Notes under the pieces: model-generated
Seen by the model: the letters and a program-made list of their open reading frames with translations, nothing else
Told to the model about the DNA's origin: nothing
Databases searched by the model: none
Program-made: the position numbers and the translations under genes
DNA from: Salisapilia sapeloensis CBS 127946
Lineage: Eukaryota > Protista > Oomycota
DNA: 64,000 nt
Assembly: GCA_023334545.1 (NCBI GenBank)
Contig: JAADVB010000031.1
Span: forward strand, 44,529 to 108,528
Reading direction: 5' to 3'
In this document: positions 24,001-35,828 of the stretch, one piece after another
Layout: each line of letters starts with the position of its first letter
Numbering within the stretch: the stretch's first letter is position 1

Positions 24001-27000
24001 CGTGAGCGTAAGCCTCCTTGTCTGAACAAGTGGAGCAAGCGACTGCTGTCGGCTGATCGGATGTTTGCTCGTAGCAACTGGACGGATATGTGGACGAGAC
24101 GAGAGATCAGTAACTTTGAGTACTTGATGGTCTTGAACGTCTCGTCTGGACGATCGTATAATGACATGACGCAGTACCCAGTGTTCCCGTGGGTGCTTCG
24201 AGACTATGATTCGTGTAAGCTGCAGCTCGATGACCCGTCAGTCTTCCGGGACTTGAAGAGACCGATTGGTGCGCAGACGGAGGCGTCTGTGGCGTCTGCT
24301 AGAGAGAGGTATGAAAGCCATGATCCGAGCAAAAGTAAGCTCCCGGCAAGCCACTTTTCCACGCCGTACTCGAACATGCGTTCGATCCTCTACTTCCTCG
24401 TGCGCCTAGCGCCGTTCACGAGTGCAGCGCTCGATGGCGTGAAGCAAGACGCTGTTGCGTTCAACTCTGTCCAAGAAGCTTTTGACATGTGCACACAAGA
24501 TGAGAAGAGTGCGTTTGAGTTACCTCCAGAGCTATTTTATCTTCCAGATATGTTCGTTAGTGCACGTAGTAAAAAGTTATCGAGTGAACAGTCCGATCAG
24601 AATGTCCAAAGCAGTGTCGCACTACCAAAGTGGGCACGCTCGCCGTATGATTTCATCCGACAGCACCGCTTAGCGCTTGAAAGCGACTACGTGTCGGAGA
24701 ATCTGCACCATTGGATCGACCTCATCTTTGGATATAAGCAGACAGGAAAGGCTGCGGTTGACAGCATGAACGTATACAACGCCGGGAGCTACCCCGAGTG
24801 GTTAGATCTGAGCTCTGTAGACGTCAGCATCCGTGCCAAGCTCACACAACGTGGAACCGTGCCTCTGCAGCTCTTTACCAAGCCGCATCCGTCTCGTATG
24901 ACACAGGATGAGGCTCTGAAAGCGCGGTTCCCGGCCTCCCATGAAGTAGCTGCGCTTACGTCTCGACGCCAAGCACGGCGTCAGGATCTGACGTCTAAAC
25001 ACACTTCTGCGATTGCGAGTATCCGCTTCTCTAGTGCCATGAACCCTGGGCTTGGTCTGAGTGGACCTACGATGGGCAGCGGGACGGGCATGGGCACCCA
25101 TGGAGGTGCGACGGACCAAGCGAGCGTCGTGTACATGAGCGATAGCAACGGTCTGGTGCTGGCGAAGCGGTACCTTGGCGGCACACCGGACACGGCGAGT
25201 GTCAGTCCTTTTACGCTTGTGGATGTGGACCAATGGTGGCGACTACCTGCCGGGTGTCTCGTGAGCGACGGCATCGTCTTCTACGAGCAGATGATCAGTT
25301 GTGGTTACTGGGATGGTAGTTGGCGTATTCACTGGTCTGCTGATGGAGAGCTTCTGCAACGCATTGCTTTCCACAAGAAGCCGATCTTGTGCACGGCGCG
25401 TAGTGAGGATGACTTCACGGGAGATTTAGCTGTCGCGTTTGGCAGCGAAGACTGCACCGTGTCGGTGTGGGCGATCTCAAAGCTCGCGGCTTCGAGGTCT
25501 CGACGCATGTTCCTGAAGAAAGAGACACCTGTCGGAGGACTGCCGTGGGTGCTCTTATACGGCCACACGACCCCTGTGGTCGCCGTGGCGCTAAATGTAG
25601 ACTTGGACCTCGTCATCAGCTCTAGTAAGGACAACACAGTGCTCTTCCATTCGCTCCGGTCTGCCACGCCGCTGCATCACTTGACGTTCCGAGCACCTAG
25701 TAACGCAGTCGTAAAGCATCTAGAGATCTCTCCTTTAGGCGACGCACTCATCCACTTTGTCTCTTCGAAAGACGATGGGGAAGAGCAGTCGGAGCTGTAC
25801 TTAGTATCGTTGAATGGTCATTTGATTTCGCATGATCAGCTACAGGATTCGAACGGAAACGCGCAGCGGATTCTTGATCATGGTGCGATCTTCACTCGCT
25901 CCGGAGAGTACGTCATCACGGCATGCGGTGGTGCAGACGCTGCTATTGAGGTGCGTGATGCCGGATCTCCTGGGTCCGTCGTGCGACGTGTCGACTGCAA
26001 GCGGTCATCGGACGTGACGTCCATCGGTATGGCTCCGGATGAACGCTGTATCGTCTGTGGCTATGCGGATGGCTCGGTCGTGTCCTACGCGCTCCACTAT
26101 GGCGTAGCCGATGGCTGTAAGAGTGTCGTGCTGGACCGTCGAGCGCGAGAAGAAGAGGCCGATGCGTTCGCTCGAGCGCAGAAGAGAGACCTGTTGCAGC
26201 AAGAGAGTAGACGCTCGGACTTAGCTCCATCTGCGAGTGGCATTAATGAGACCAAGGAGCTCTGGTCGGATGGAGAGATGCCTCCTCCGTCATATCTAAC
26301 GAATATGCAAGCGAGGTTCGAGGAGCTCAAGCATTCGTGCACGAGTGATGATGATGACTATGAAAGCTTACTACCAAAGCTCTGGTCGAATGTGTATGTC
26401 AAGCGTCCGTTTAATGAAGAGATGCCGGTCGAGTTTGAGCGTGTAGGCGAGTCATGGAGTCGACTGGGTTTCCAGCGTCCGGACCCGACGACAGACTTTC
26501 GAGCGGGCGGTCTCCTGAGCTTGCATTGCCTCGTCCACTTTGCGTCTCACGAGACGGATGACGCGGTTCGGATGATCACTGCGCAGGTCCCTGGCTCTCA
26601 TAGTAATGCCTATCCGTGGGGACCTGCAGGGATTAATGTTACGTGCATGTTGGCTCGACTGTTCTGGCAGTTTGATGGGAAAATTGTGCTCGAGAGGAAG
26701 GCGAGCTGGCCTTTGTTCGAGACAGAGGAGACGTTCTTCTCTGTCTTTTGCCAGGCATTCCTGCTCTTTGATAGTCTTTGGGCCGCGATGCATGCCAACT
26801 ATGGCGGCTTTTCATTCGTGATTCGAGCTACGGCGGAGAGAGTGGAGAAGGCGCTGGAGGAGGCACAAGGAGATGCGCAGGTGTTGTTGGAGAAGCTTCG
26901 GTCGGAACGACAGACACCGTTGGGTGAAGAGGAGAAGGTAGAGATGGAGAAGGCAAGGCAGGATCTACCTCCGGATGTGTCTGCTGCCACAGACAAGAAG

Positions 27001-27132
27001 GATGCGATTGCGGTTGAAGAGGAAATCCTAGACAGCTCGACGAAGGAGGAAAAGAGTGGTGATGAAAGTGTGACCAAGGAGGAAGAGAATGGTGGTGAGA
27101 GTGAGGAGGACCCATTTGCGAAACTGAGCTAA
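18096..27132 (+). CDS. Giant BEACH-domain protein (ConA-like, PH, BEACH, WD40) with C-terminal ELMO/CED-12 domain; two short 5' introns
   Basis: GYTFCAWIK...WHFVCIAH (ConA/LamG), RRFLLNVRNGIEIYF (PH), WTRREISNFEYLMVLNVSSGRSYNDMTQYPVFPWVL (BEACH), WD40 (SCGYWDGS, LYGHTTPVVAVA), and WSRLGFQRPDPTTDFRAGGLLSL...YPWGPAGINVT (ELMO). The start is inferred from spliced exons at 18096. Confidence 0.9.
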
Positions 27133-28838
27133 CCATATGGAAGAAATGAAGATGATGTTTGCCTTTGTTCATGCTATCGTATACTCTTTCGTCTGAGAAG
27201 GCTCGTTTACAAGTGTAGGCGACAGATTGTTTCTAGTGCTTCCTCGTCTTACCCATATACGTTCGCCTAGTTATATTACTTGTACATGATGGAAAGTGAG
27301 ATCAATGTGAAGGTTCTTTATCTTTTAAAAGCTCTCGATCGTAATAGTTCGAAATGAACTACCTTCAGGATATTCAAAATGGCGCTAGCTACGTTGGCAT
27401 TGATATTTGAGAAGGGCTTTGGATAGCATTGGATTTTGCAAGGCAGGATTTCCAGGTAGTAGATCGCTTAAACTACGTGGTTAATCGTAATGAGTCAGGT
27501 TGATCCTCTTGGAGAATCCAGAGACCGCTTGCGCACGAGCACTTTACGACTTGGCAGTGGAAATGTAATGCATCGTCGCATTTGTAGCTACAGATGCAGT
27601 CATGTCACCTTTTAATGTACCCACGCATGCGTGCATACGACAAAATCCATAATGCTTGATCAACCAAATAATGGTCGTGCATAAAAATTGAGTACGACTC
27701 TGGTCCTCTGCTTGCTCTCCGAGTCAACCATAGCGGCCCAAGTTTCCACCTAGTATCGTTTAAGACCTCTCTAGTATCCAGATGTGTTAGAAGTCAGCTG
27801 CATGGAATCCTTTCGAAGAGAAATCCTTCTCAAGGTCACTCGTAATCGCAACATAGCACAGTGCCCAAAGACATGCTGACTTGGTCAGTCATCTTCATGC
27901 CAACTTTTTGGTCGTTTTGAACCTGAAAAGAGAGTACGCTCTCAGAAGGCATCATCAAGCGCAATTTATTCTATTCTTTGCTTCATTGAAGGCAGGTAGG
28001 TTTCCATGAATAAGAAGAGAAAGCGACTTAGGAAGAGGAGAACAATTGTCATGAGCAACAATCCAAATCAATTAAGAGAGCATCGAAATTCTTAATTTGG
28101 CCACAGGAAAGGTGCGCGAATGCTCTCGTGATGTGAGCTGACTCAGATCGTACCTCTGAAACATCTGTAAGACAGATCGATGTCAAAGGTGCATCGTCAA
28201 TCAACAGTACAATTGAAATGGGGATGGAGGAAAATGTACGGTTGCTGGACGGAGTTTTCATCCAGTGCAAGAATGATACCTTTAAATGTTTCTGCCTCTT
28301 TCCTGCCTAGTATTGACGAGTGTTCATCCTCTACATGCATACAGCGTGGGGCAACTATGATACTTATGTAAATTTTGGTGATTAACGAAGGGACAGTTGC
28401 TATGAAAGTATGGTAGCTCGAGTAAAAACGCGACAAGAGCCACGCTTTAGGAAGACGGAGAGCGTAAAAATTTGCCACTAACCTGCTTCGCACGTACTTG
28501 GTTCCATCCGAGATCCAAATTTCTCATCTGCCCTCTCCTTTTTGCGTTTGGGCGTCACCTGATCCGAGTCTAGACTACTGTCTATTCCTGCCTATATTCA
28601 TCACATGCAATTTCAGGCATCTGATCGCAGCTATAAAGATCGCATAGTACATCTTGTATGTGATATGCATAGAGAAATATGGTTAGCATCCAGCAAACTC
28701 GGCTGAAATCGCCATAGCATGGGCGGAAAGTGTCAACTCTGCGAGTACTCCGAGTTGAAGTTAAGCTGAAGTTTATGGCATTGTATAGAACTTAAGTTCT
28801 GACACCCAAAGGTCGACACGAAGCACAACGGTTCAGCG

Positions 28839-29621
28839 ATGGGGGAGTCCAAGCCATGGAAGCACGATCTACGGGTACTCGGTGGCATCCTAGGAGTATC
28901 GACACTCGCGCTCTTCACAGCGCTCTATTTCCTCGTAGTCACAGCTCTTAGCGAAAGTGAGTGGGCGTCAATTCGAGCCCCGACGTCCCTAGAAGCCGTG
29001 CAGCAGCTCGAGGATGCCCTCCGCCATTTCTCCGCAAGAGCACCGCTCCGACTCATCGTGGCGCATATGTGTTGCTACCTGTATTTGCAAAGCTTTGCGA
29101 TTCCAGGAACGGTCTTTTTTAATTTGCTCGGCGGTGCGCTCTTCGGCATGAGCATCGGCTTCCCATTGTGTCTGCTGTACAATACACTCGGGTCTGTCTT
29201 CATGTACCTATTGTCGCAGCGCTTTGGCTATCGCGTGATGGAGCACTACTTTCCCGAGCGTCTAGTAGCGCTACGAGAGCGACTGGACGGTCATCGCCAC
29301 AACTTGGCACTCTACATGATCTTCCTCCGCGTCTTCCCGTTCTCTCCCAATTGGTTCATTAACATGGCAGCCCCTCACTTGCACATTCCATTGGGCCAAT
29401 TCACAATCGGTCCTCTCATCGGTCTCATTCCGTACAACTTTCTAAGTTGCCAAGCCGGTCTGATTCTTAGCCAACTCCGGTCCAAGGGCGATATCATCGA
29501 CACGACGACGACAGTGCAGCTCATTGTCGTAGCTGTCGTCGGCGCAGTTGTTTTGCCATGGCTTAAGAATCAATTCGGTGGGGAAACAAGTAACAAAGCA
29601 GCCGCGACGAAACAAGATTAA
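28839..29621 (+). CDS. TMEM41: TMEM41/VTT (DedA-family) membrane protein
   Basis: YLYLQSFAIPGTVFFNLLGGALFG, IFLRVFPFSPNWFINMAAP, GLIPYNFL. Multiple TM segments. Confidence 0.9.
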   Translation: MGESKPWKHDLRVLGGILGVSTLALFTALYFLVVTALSESEWASIRAPTSLEAVQQLEDALRHFSARAPLRLIVAHMCCYLYLQSFAIPGTVFFNLLGGALFGMSIGFPLCLLYNTLGSVFMYLLSQRFGYRVMEHYFPERLVALRERLDGHRHNLALYMIFLRVFPFSPNWFINMAAPHLHIPLGQFTIGPLIGLIPYNFLSCQAGLILSQLRSKGDIIDTTTTVQLIVVAVVGAVVLPWLKNQFGGETSNKAAATKQD

Positions 29622-29677
29622 AAAGATGCGGATATAGACGAGGTGTGTCCAAGGGAATATAAACCTAGAGCTATATT

Positions 29678-30945
29678 TTAATTCGCTGCGTTGCGCCGTG
29701 TAAATTCTTCCTCTAATTGCGCAATCTGGGTACGTTTAAGCGGTAATTTGAACGCAGTTGCGAAGACGAGATCCGGATCCACCTATATTCAGCTGCCGTG
29801 AGGCAATCAACCCAGTTTCAAGGTTACCACATGCGTGTGTACCTTGTGTGGAAGTTCCTTTAGATACCCCATGATGGCGTCGAACTCCATCGTCAGCAAA
29901 GCTTCTAATATCGATGGAAGAAATAGTGAGTACGAGTCGTAGAAATCCAGTGAAATGCATCTACTTTGTGACAGTTTCATGAGGGCGAGCGCGATACGGA
30001 AGACGACCTTCCAGCCTTCTAATAAGAAGACGTCCCATACGCGTGTGACGAAAGCAAAGGGAAAGTTGTATGTGAAGATCGTGATGAACCATTGGGAACT
30101 GTACATGGTCGGATGGACACCCATGAGATCCAAGTGCTTGGCGACTGCTGGGACCATGCGATGGAGCAGACGCTCATAGACATGCAGTACTTGAGCGACT
30201 TTGGGCATGCGAGGGCGGTAGAGCCCCGAAAGATCGTAACGGCGGTGGGTGAGACAAGCGACGAGGGTCCAAAAGGCCTGCGACTCTGGCATGTAGCTTA
30301 GGAAGAGTGCAGTGAGGAAGCCCATACCTTGGCAGTAGCCGACTTCCGGGTCGTAGAGCGAGTATGCTGTTAATACATTGCGCAGAGCCGTTTGGCCGGG
30401 TGACAGTGGCGAGTTGAAGAGCGCATGGTGCGGAAACGTCCGGCCGATGTCTCGGTTGATGGCGTCAAGACAAGCTGCACCGGACTGACGTTGCACGAGG
30501 TCTGAATATACTTTCGGATTGTCCTGTTGGATCTGAAGGGCGTTAGTTAATCTACACCACACACTTCCTCGCATCGCTTCCGGAATTCCTTTTCGCATGC
30601 GCTTCTGGAGTAACTTGGGTTTCGCCTGCTGACATCTGCACGCGCAAGAGGTCGGCATTAGGGGCGTCGGCTACGATCTAAGTATTCCTGCTGATTTCCT
30701 AGTTACGTACGTTTGCCATTGCTCGAATTGTGATCCGAGCATCGCGACCCATTTCTGGGTGCGCCGGTTCTCAAGCCAGACGTGAGCAGGGTTCGCAGGT
30801 GTCAACGTGTCCGATTTCATTTCGTTCGGACTACAAGGACAAGTGTAGGTAGCCAATTCTAGACATCCGGAAAACCAAAAGCGTACGTATCATCGAGGTA
30901 GAAGCCAAATCGGTCGGTTCGTGACGCGCCAACCTGCGATGCCAT
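29678..30945 (-). CDS. Rab-GAP TBC-domain protein (EVI5/Gyp-like), several introns
   Basis: Spliced start MASQVGASRTDRFGFYLDD..., then RKGIPEAMRGSVW, INRDIGRTFP (Arg finger), GYCQGM (Gln finger) and YSSQWFITIF...RVWDVFLLEG. The last exon reads VDPDLVFATAF...AAN*. Confidence 0.92.
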
Positions 30946-31292
30946 CCTGCTACTGCGCACGCCAGAGCGCCTTTGTACTTAAAATAGCCTCATTTCCGTA
31001 TATTGAAGTTATGGTCCGTATGTCGCTCGTCCTGGACTACTTGGTGCGTGTCTGGCTCGTTTGCCCCAATTTTTACTATGAAAAAGTCCATGTCTGCACG
31101 TGTCTACGTCGATCTATTTTCCATACGAATGGTCCTGTCGGTATCTGATTTATCAGGTCTTTGCCTTGAACGAACCATCCTCGCGTACGTCCAAAGCTAG
31201 TTGAAAGATCCAGTTGCACTGGATTTCTGACTATACAAAGACCAAGTGGAATTGATGACGGCTGGTGCCTGGCGATTTGCGTTGCTTACTAC

Positions 31293-32282
31293 TTGCTTGA
31301 TGTTCCCATCCGACGCACAGGCTCATTCCTCGACTTGCACGCGACCCTCGCGTTCTTCATTCGTAGCATGGGCATGGAAGTTTTGCCGCTACCGAACGTA
31401 TCGACCATGTCGAAGAAGCGCAAGCGAGAGGTACCGCTCGACACGCCGTCGATTGTATCTCTGCCATCCAACGTCGTCCAGGAGCCCATGGCTGCTGTCG
31501 TCGACAAGGAGTTTAATCCGAATGGCGATGAAACGCCGCCGCGACGGACTTCTCTAGATACAGACGGTAGCTTAAGTCGAAGTCTCATGGGTCTCAGTCT
31601 ACAGCTTAAGCTCAAGATGATGATCGTCGAGGCCTGGGCGTCCGACATGAACAGCGTCGTCATGGAACGCAACTTGTTTGCGATCGCTAAGGAGCTCGCG
31701 ACGCTATCAGACCAAGGCATTTACCCCGAAGACACGTGTCTTCGCTTCTTGGAACTAGCTCGCTCGCGCATGAACGATCTGCTGTGTCAGACGGAACGGT
31801 CGGAGCGACTGCAGATGCAGGCGTCGCAGATGTGGACCATGGCGCAAGTTCAGAGCGGTGGCTCGAGTCCATCCGTCTCGAACGAGTTCCCACTTCTTAG
31901 TGGCAATGGCTTTGACGCTTCGAGTCGAGACCTGACGATGCTATGGAAAGCCATGTCCTTAGCAAAAGATCGAGGGGCTCAGCTCTGGCACGAGAACAAG
32001 ACGGAGCAAGCACTTCCGTTCCTCATCGCCGCGGATTCGTATATGAAGCGCTTTACGCTCAAATATCAAAAGCTGAAAGTCGATCACGCGATGCTCGAGA
32101 GTTTCCACGATGCCTCGAACGACGATCCGAAGCAATCGAAAGTCCGGTTCATGCCGGAGCCCGAGGTGCTTGGCGTTGCCGATGCTGATGTCGATCGTCG
32201 TCCGATCAGTCCATCCAAGCCATCCAAGCTCGAATCCTTGTTGCTCCGTACATCTCGAGCTTTCCCAACACCAAATCTGTAG
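31293..32282 (+). CDS. Hypothetical protein, predicted mostly helical; true start uncertain
   Basis: 329-codon ORF with coding-like composition and no recognisable motif. Confidence 0.7.
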   Translation: MLDVPIRRTGSFLDLHATLAFFIRSMGMEVLPLPNVSTMSKKRKREVPLDTPSIVSLPSNVVQEPMAAVVDKEFNPNGDETPPRRTSLDTDGSLSRSLMGLSLQLKLKMMIVEAWASDMNSVVMERNLFAIAKELATLSDQGIYPEDTCLRFLELARSRMNDLLCQTERSERLQMQASQMWTMAQVQSGGSSPSVSNEFPLLSGNGFDASSRDLTMLWKAMSLAKDRGAQLWHENKTEQALPFLIAADSYMKRFTLKYQKLKVDHAMLESFHDASNDDPKQSKVRFMPEPEVLGVADADVDRRPISPSKPSKLESLLLRTSRAFPTPNL

Positions 32283-32350
32283 GCAGTACAAGTCGAAAGA
32301 AATAACTTATGAAGCAATCTAGCATCTTGTCCATTACATTCCCTGTTATC

Positions 32351-34290
32351 TTATGTCACTTTCATCTTCCAGATCTTGAGTTTAAACCCAAAGATTTCAG
32401 ATGCAGCGGAGGAGAAAGCAGAGAGGACGACGACCCTCGTGAGATTATACAGGAGCGGATTCATGGTGAGGCCAGAGACCTTGTTGGGCGAATTGAGCTC
32501 CTTGAGGAGCTTACTCGCAAGTTTCAAGACGTTGTTCGAGATCAAGAGCTTCTCTTTCTTCTGAGGCTTGACGAGTAGACGCAAGTAGACGTTCATCTGC
32601 TCCGTTAGGAGGAGAGACGTGTTCTGGTACTTGCGATTGATGTGGCTGCCGAGCATGATGAAGCGCAGCATGAAGATGCTCGCAATGAGCGACCAGATCG
32701 TCACTTCGGCGTGGATCAAGTTGTTCTGGAGCGGACCAGTGGACTCGGAAACGAGTTGGAGACCCATGACAGCGAGGAGGACGAGGTTGATGACGAAAGA
32801 CGTCGAGACGATCTCGTCGGCTGCGCGCTGCTTGCCCTGGCGCTTCAGCCACGTCCGACCGCCACGCAGAGCGATCCACGCCTTGATGTTCACGACATTT
32901 TTCAATCGAAAGTGCGGCAGGTTGTTCTGACGCGAGCGACGAGAAGACGTGAGTGCAGTGAAGCACTTGGCGTAGAGGAACCGACGGTGGTACGTTGCCT
33001 CGGCGTCTGCGAGAGCAGAGAAGATGGTGGACGCCATAAAGTAGGTCGTGAGCATGCAGGAGAAGGCGATGAAAGCAGATGACAAGGGGAGTGTCTCGAG
33101 GTCTAGGTCCCATGGGTTCAACTGCTGATACCTGTCCGATAGGAGAGACATGGAGTCGAGCATGTCTTGCTCCTGGAACGACCTTAGGCAGTCCGTCTTG
33201 ACGCACGAGACGTACATCCGGACGAGGAGCGGTACTGTGGCGAGGATGATGGACGATAGGAAGCCAATGTTACGGTAGATAGCTCTCGGCTGGGTCATGC
33301 GGACCTTGGCGAGGATCGTGTTGCGTAGCTCCGTCACGGTCATCTCTTGCTTGACGGGCAGACCGTCCTCCCACATGCACACTTTAACGTGACGTCGCGA
33401 GAGCGAGTCTGACTTGTCTTCTCCTGCTCGAGCAGAGTACGCGGATCGAAGTCGAGACTGGTTTGGCGTGCGAGGATATCGTCTCGGACTCGCAGGTTCT
33501 GAGACCGTGTGGTAGTACGGATCTTTCTTATCCTCGCGCTCTTCTTCGCTCGAAGTAGACACGTTGTCGCTTTCTTCACCGCTGTCGGTGCTATTGTCCG
33601 AGTTATCCGACTCGCCTAGACTGGACGAGAGACCTGTGAGCATCGCTGCTGTCGTCAATGGGTTCTGCGTCGGCTGGTACTTAGAGTCGGACGATCCGTT
33701 CTGGTTCTTCGGCGAGAAGATATGAAGGGATGGGTCGCCGTCCGTGGCTTGGAGTGCACTGGAGACACGTCCGTACTCGACAGCGATGAGCAGGAGGAGG
33801 CAGACGGGGAAAATGACTTCGAATGTACTGACGATGGAGGTTTCTGTCTGCTGGAGGAAGATGCAGATCGCTGTCATGTGTAGTAGGAATAACGCAGTCG
33901 CGATTTCGTAGAAATGGGGCTATGCACATGCGTCTTAGACTTGGATGGTCATGAGAAAGGAATGAGAACTTACTTTTTGTCGCCAAAAGCTGGCGTAGAA
34001 TGGGAGGAAGAGGACACGGTAGATGCCTTCTTTAATGAGCTTTCGATCATGATTCGAAGGTTTCGTGTGGAACAAGGCAGAGCTAGTGCATGATAAGTCG
34101 ATTGCATAGTCATTTAAATGGAATCGACGTACCCTTTGATCACATCAAAGTCGATAAACTCTCTCGTCATGTTCAGGTCATTCTTGGGATTCCGCGGGTC
34201 TTTGTGGCTGCGTGCACGTGGGGACGTGCTTCGCGTCGTCCCACGCTTTCCTTCTTTCCTCGGTCGAGAGCTATCAAATTCGTCTTCCAT
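32351..34290 (-). CDS. PHTF: PHTF-family (putative homeodomain transcription factor-like) membrane protein; two 5' introns, start uncertain
   Basis: AEATYHRRFLYAKCFTALTSSRRSRQNNLPHFRLKNVVNIKAWIAL...KRQGKQRAADEIVS, recalled as matching the PHTF C-terminus. Upstream exons give FIDFDVIKG-SALFHTKP...EGIYRVLFLPFY. Confidence 0.82.
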
Positions 34291-34582
34291 ATCTATCTAT
34301 CGTCACTGGTCTTTCGCATGCGTCGAGACAAGAGGGAAGGAGTGCCAGTCGATTAAATACAAGGAGGGAATTCAGCTCGTGCCAGATGGGACGTAGGTAT
34401 AAATGGTTGCAATGCCTTCGTCGACAGAAACGAGGGACACGAGTTGATGGCTTGTGATCGATGCGTCCGATCCGATTGTGCTACGAATTCAGCTTAAATA
34501 TTTCTCCGTGAAACTTCCATCAAGCGACGTACAGACGATGGCGATCACCAAGAGATAGAGACACACATTGTATTCGATCTAA

Positions 34583-35588
34583 TTATAACATCCGCTGCTT
34601 TGTCTTTCGTTCACGCCACTTGCGCCATGCGACGATACTGATGCATGTGCCCAGAAGCACGAGCACGAGGTGAGTCGCGAACAAGAGCGGACTTATCCAA
34701 AAGCCGCACGCGACGCCCTTCCAGCCCTATAGAATCGATTAGCGCTATGAAACCCAAAATCCGTGTCGAGGACAACTGTACCTTGATCTCGCGTGTCATG
34801 AGGCTAGCAGAACCATATTGCGTGGTCAAGTACTGCGCCACGTCGTTTGGTAATGGCTGCAACTGCGTGGGTGAGATGCCGTCGCTGACACCGACGGGCG
34901 CAGTACGCAATGGGAACACAGAATTCTTGGCGACGCATCCGCCGCAGCACATGTGGTCTGTATACTCGCGCAAGCCTTCCGAGCAGCATACGAGACTCGA
35001 GTTATAGTCATAATGATCTGGTATTAACACGTTCTCCGGGTTCGTACGGACTTGCAAAGCATTCTTTTCAATGTACCAATAGATGTCAACCCAAATGGAC
35101 AGATCTTTTCGATCGTAGACACGGATGCACGGGTCATGCAGTCTCGGGTCTGACCAGTAGAAATAGTGGTTCTCCGTATCGTATGTGATCTTGGACTTGT
35201 GAGGAATATCGTCCTGACGGTCATACGCGATGAGTCCTTGCGCCGTAAACTCGTGCTTGAGCTGGGAAATGGCGTCGCACGTCGTATTCATGACGCCCAG
35301 ATCGATGTCGTACTCCCATGGAATCAAACCTTCTTCGCGATAGATACCTAGTAAAGTACCTTTGTCGAGCCAATATTTGATCTCGTGGGCTTGTAGTACG
35401 CGTGATGTCCTCGTGAGCATATCTGCCATCGGTGCACGTGTATCACACTTGCTGTAGACGAAAAAAGTGCCCCATAGCACGACGACGAGAAGTACTAGCA
35501 ACAAGAGGAGACGCTTGATGAGCGCAGGCGTACTCGTCGACCGACTTCCGTGAGACGGACGTGATGTGGATCCCTTCGTAGGTAGCAT
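34583..35588 (-). CDS. LicD/fukutin-family nucleotidyl-phosphotransferase; intron 34727-34781
   Basis: YWLDKGTLLGIYREEGLIPWEYDIDLG (DxD motif), an N-terminal TM, and a spliced last exon GWKGVACGFWISPLLFATHLVLVLLGTCISIVAWRKWRERK...ML*. Confidence 0.88.
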
Positions 35589-35828
35589 TGCTCGATGCTA
35601 GTAGATAAGAGAGCCCCAGACGTTCGCTGCGCACTTATCGCGGGATGCCAGATGCTTTGGGCTGACTGGACCAGTGGATACGCAATCAAGATCGTAGCAA
35701 TCTCATGTCTCGATAGAAATGTATATCGGTAGGTAGCGTGGTGTGATGAAAGGATAAATATAGCGTAGGAAGATGTTGAAACTGCTTTTACACTTTCGAC
35801 GAAGTACGCGTTGTGCTTTTTAATCAAT

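Noticed and set aside
27133-28838. Possible decayed gene or TE in the 1.7-kb spacer
   Set aside because: Frames are interrupted by stops and I found no transposase/RT motif or terminal repeats.
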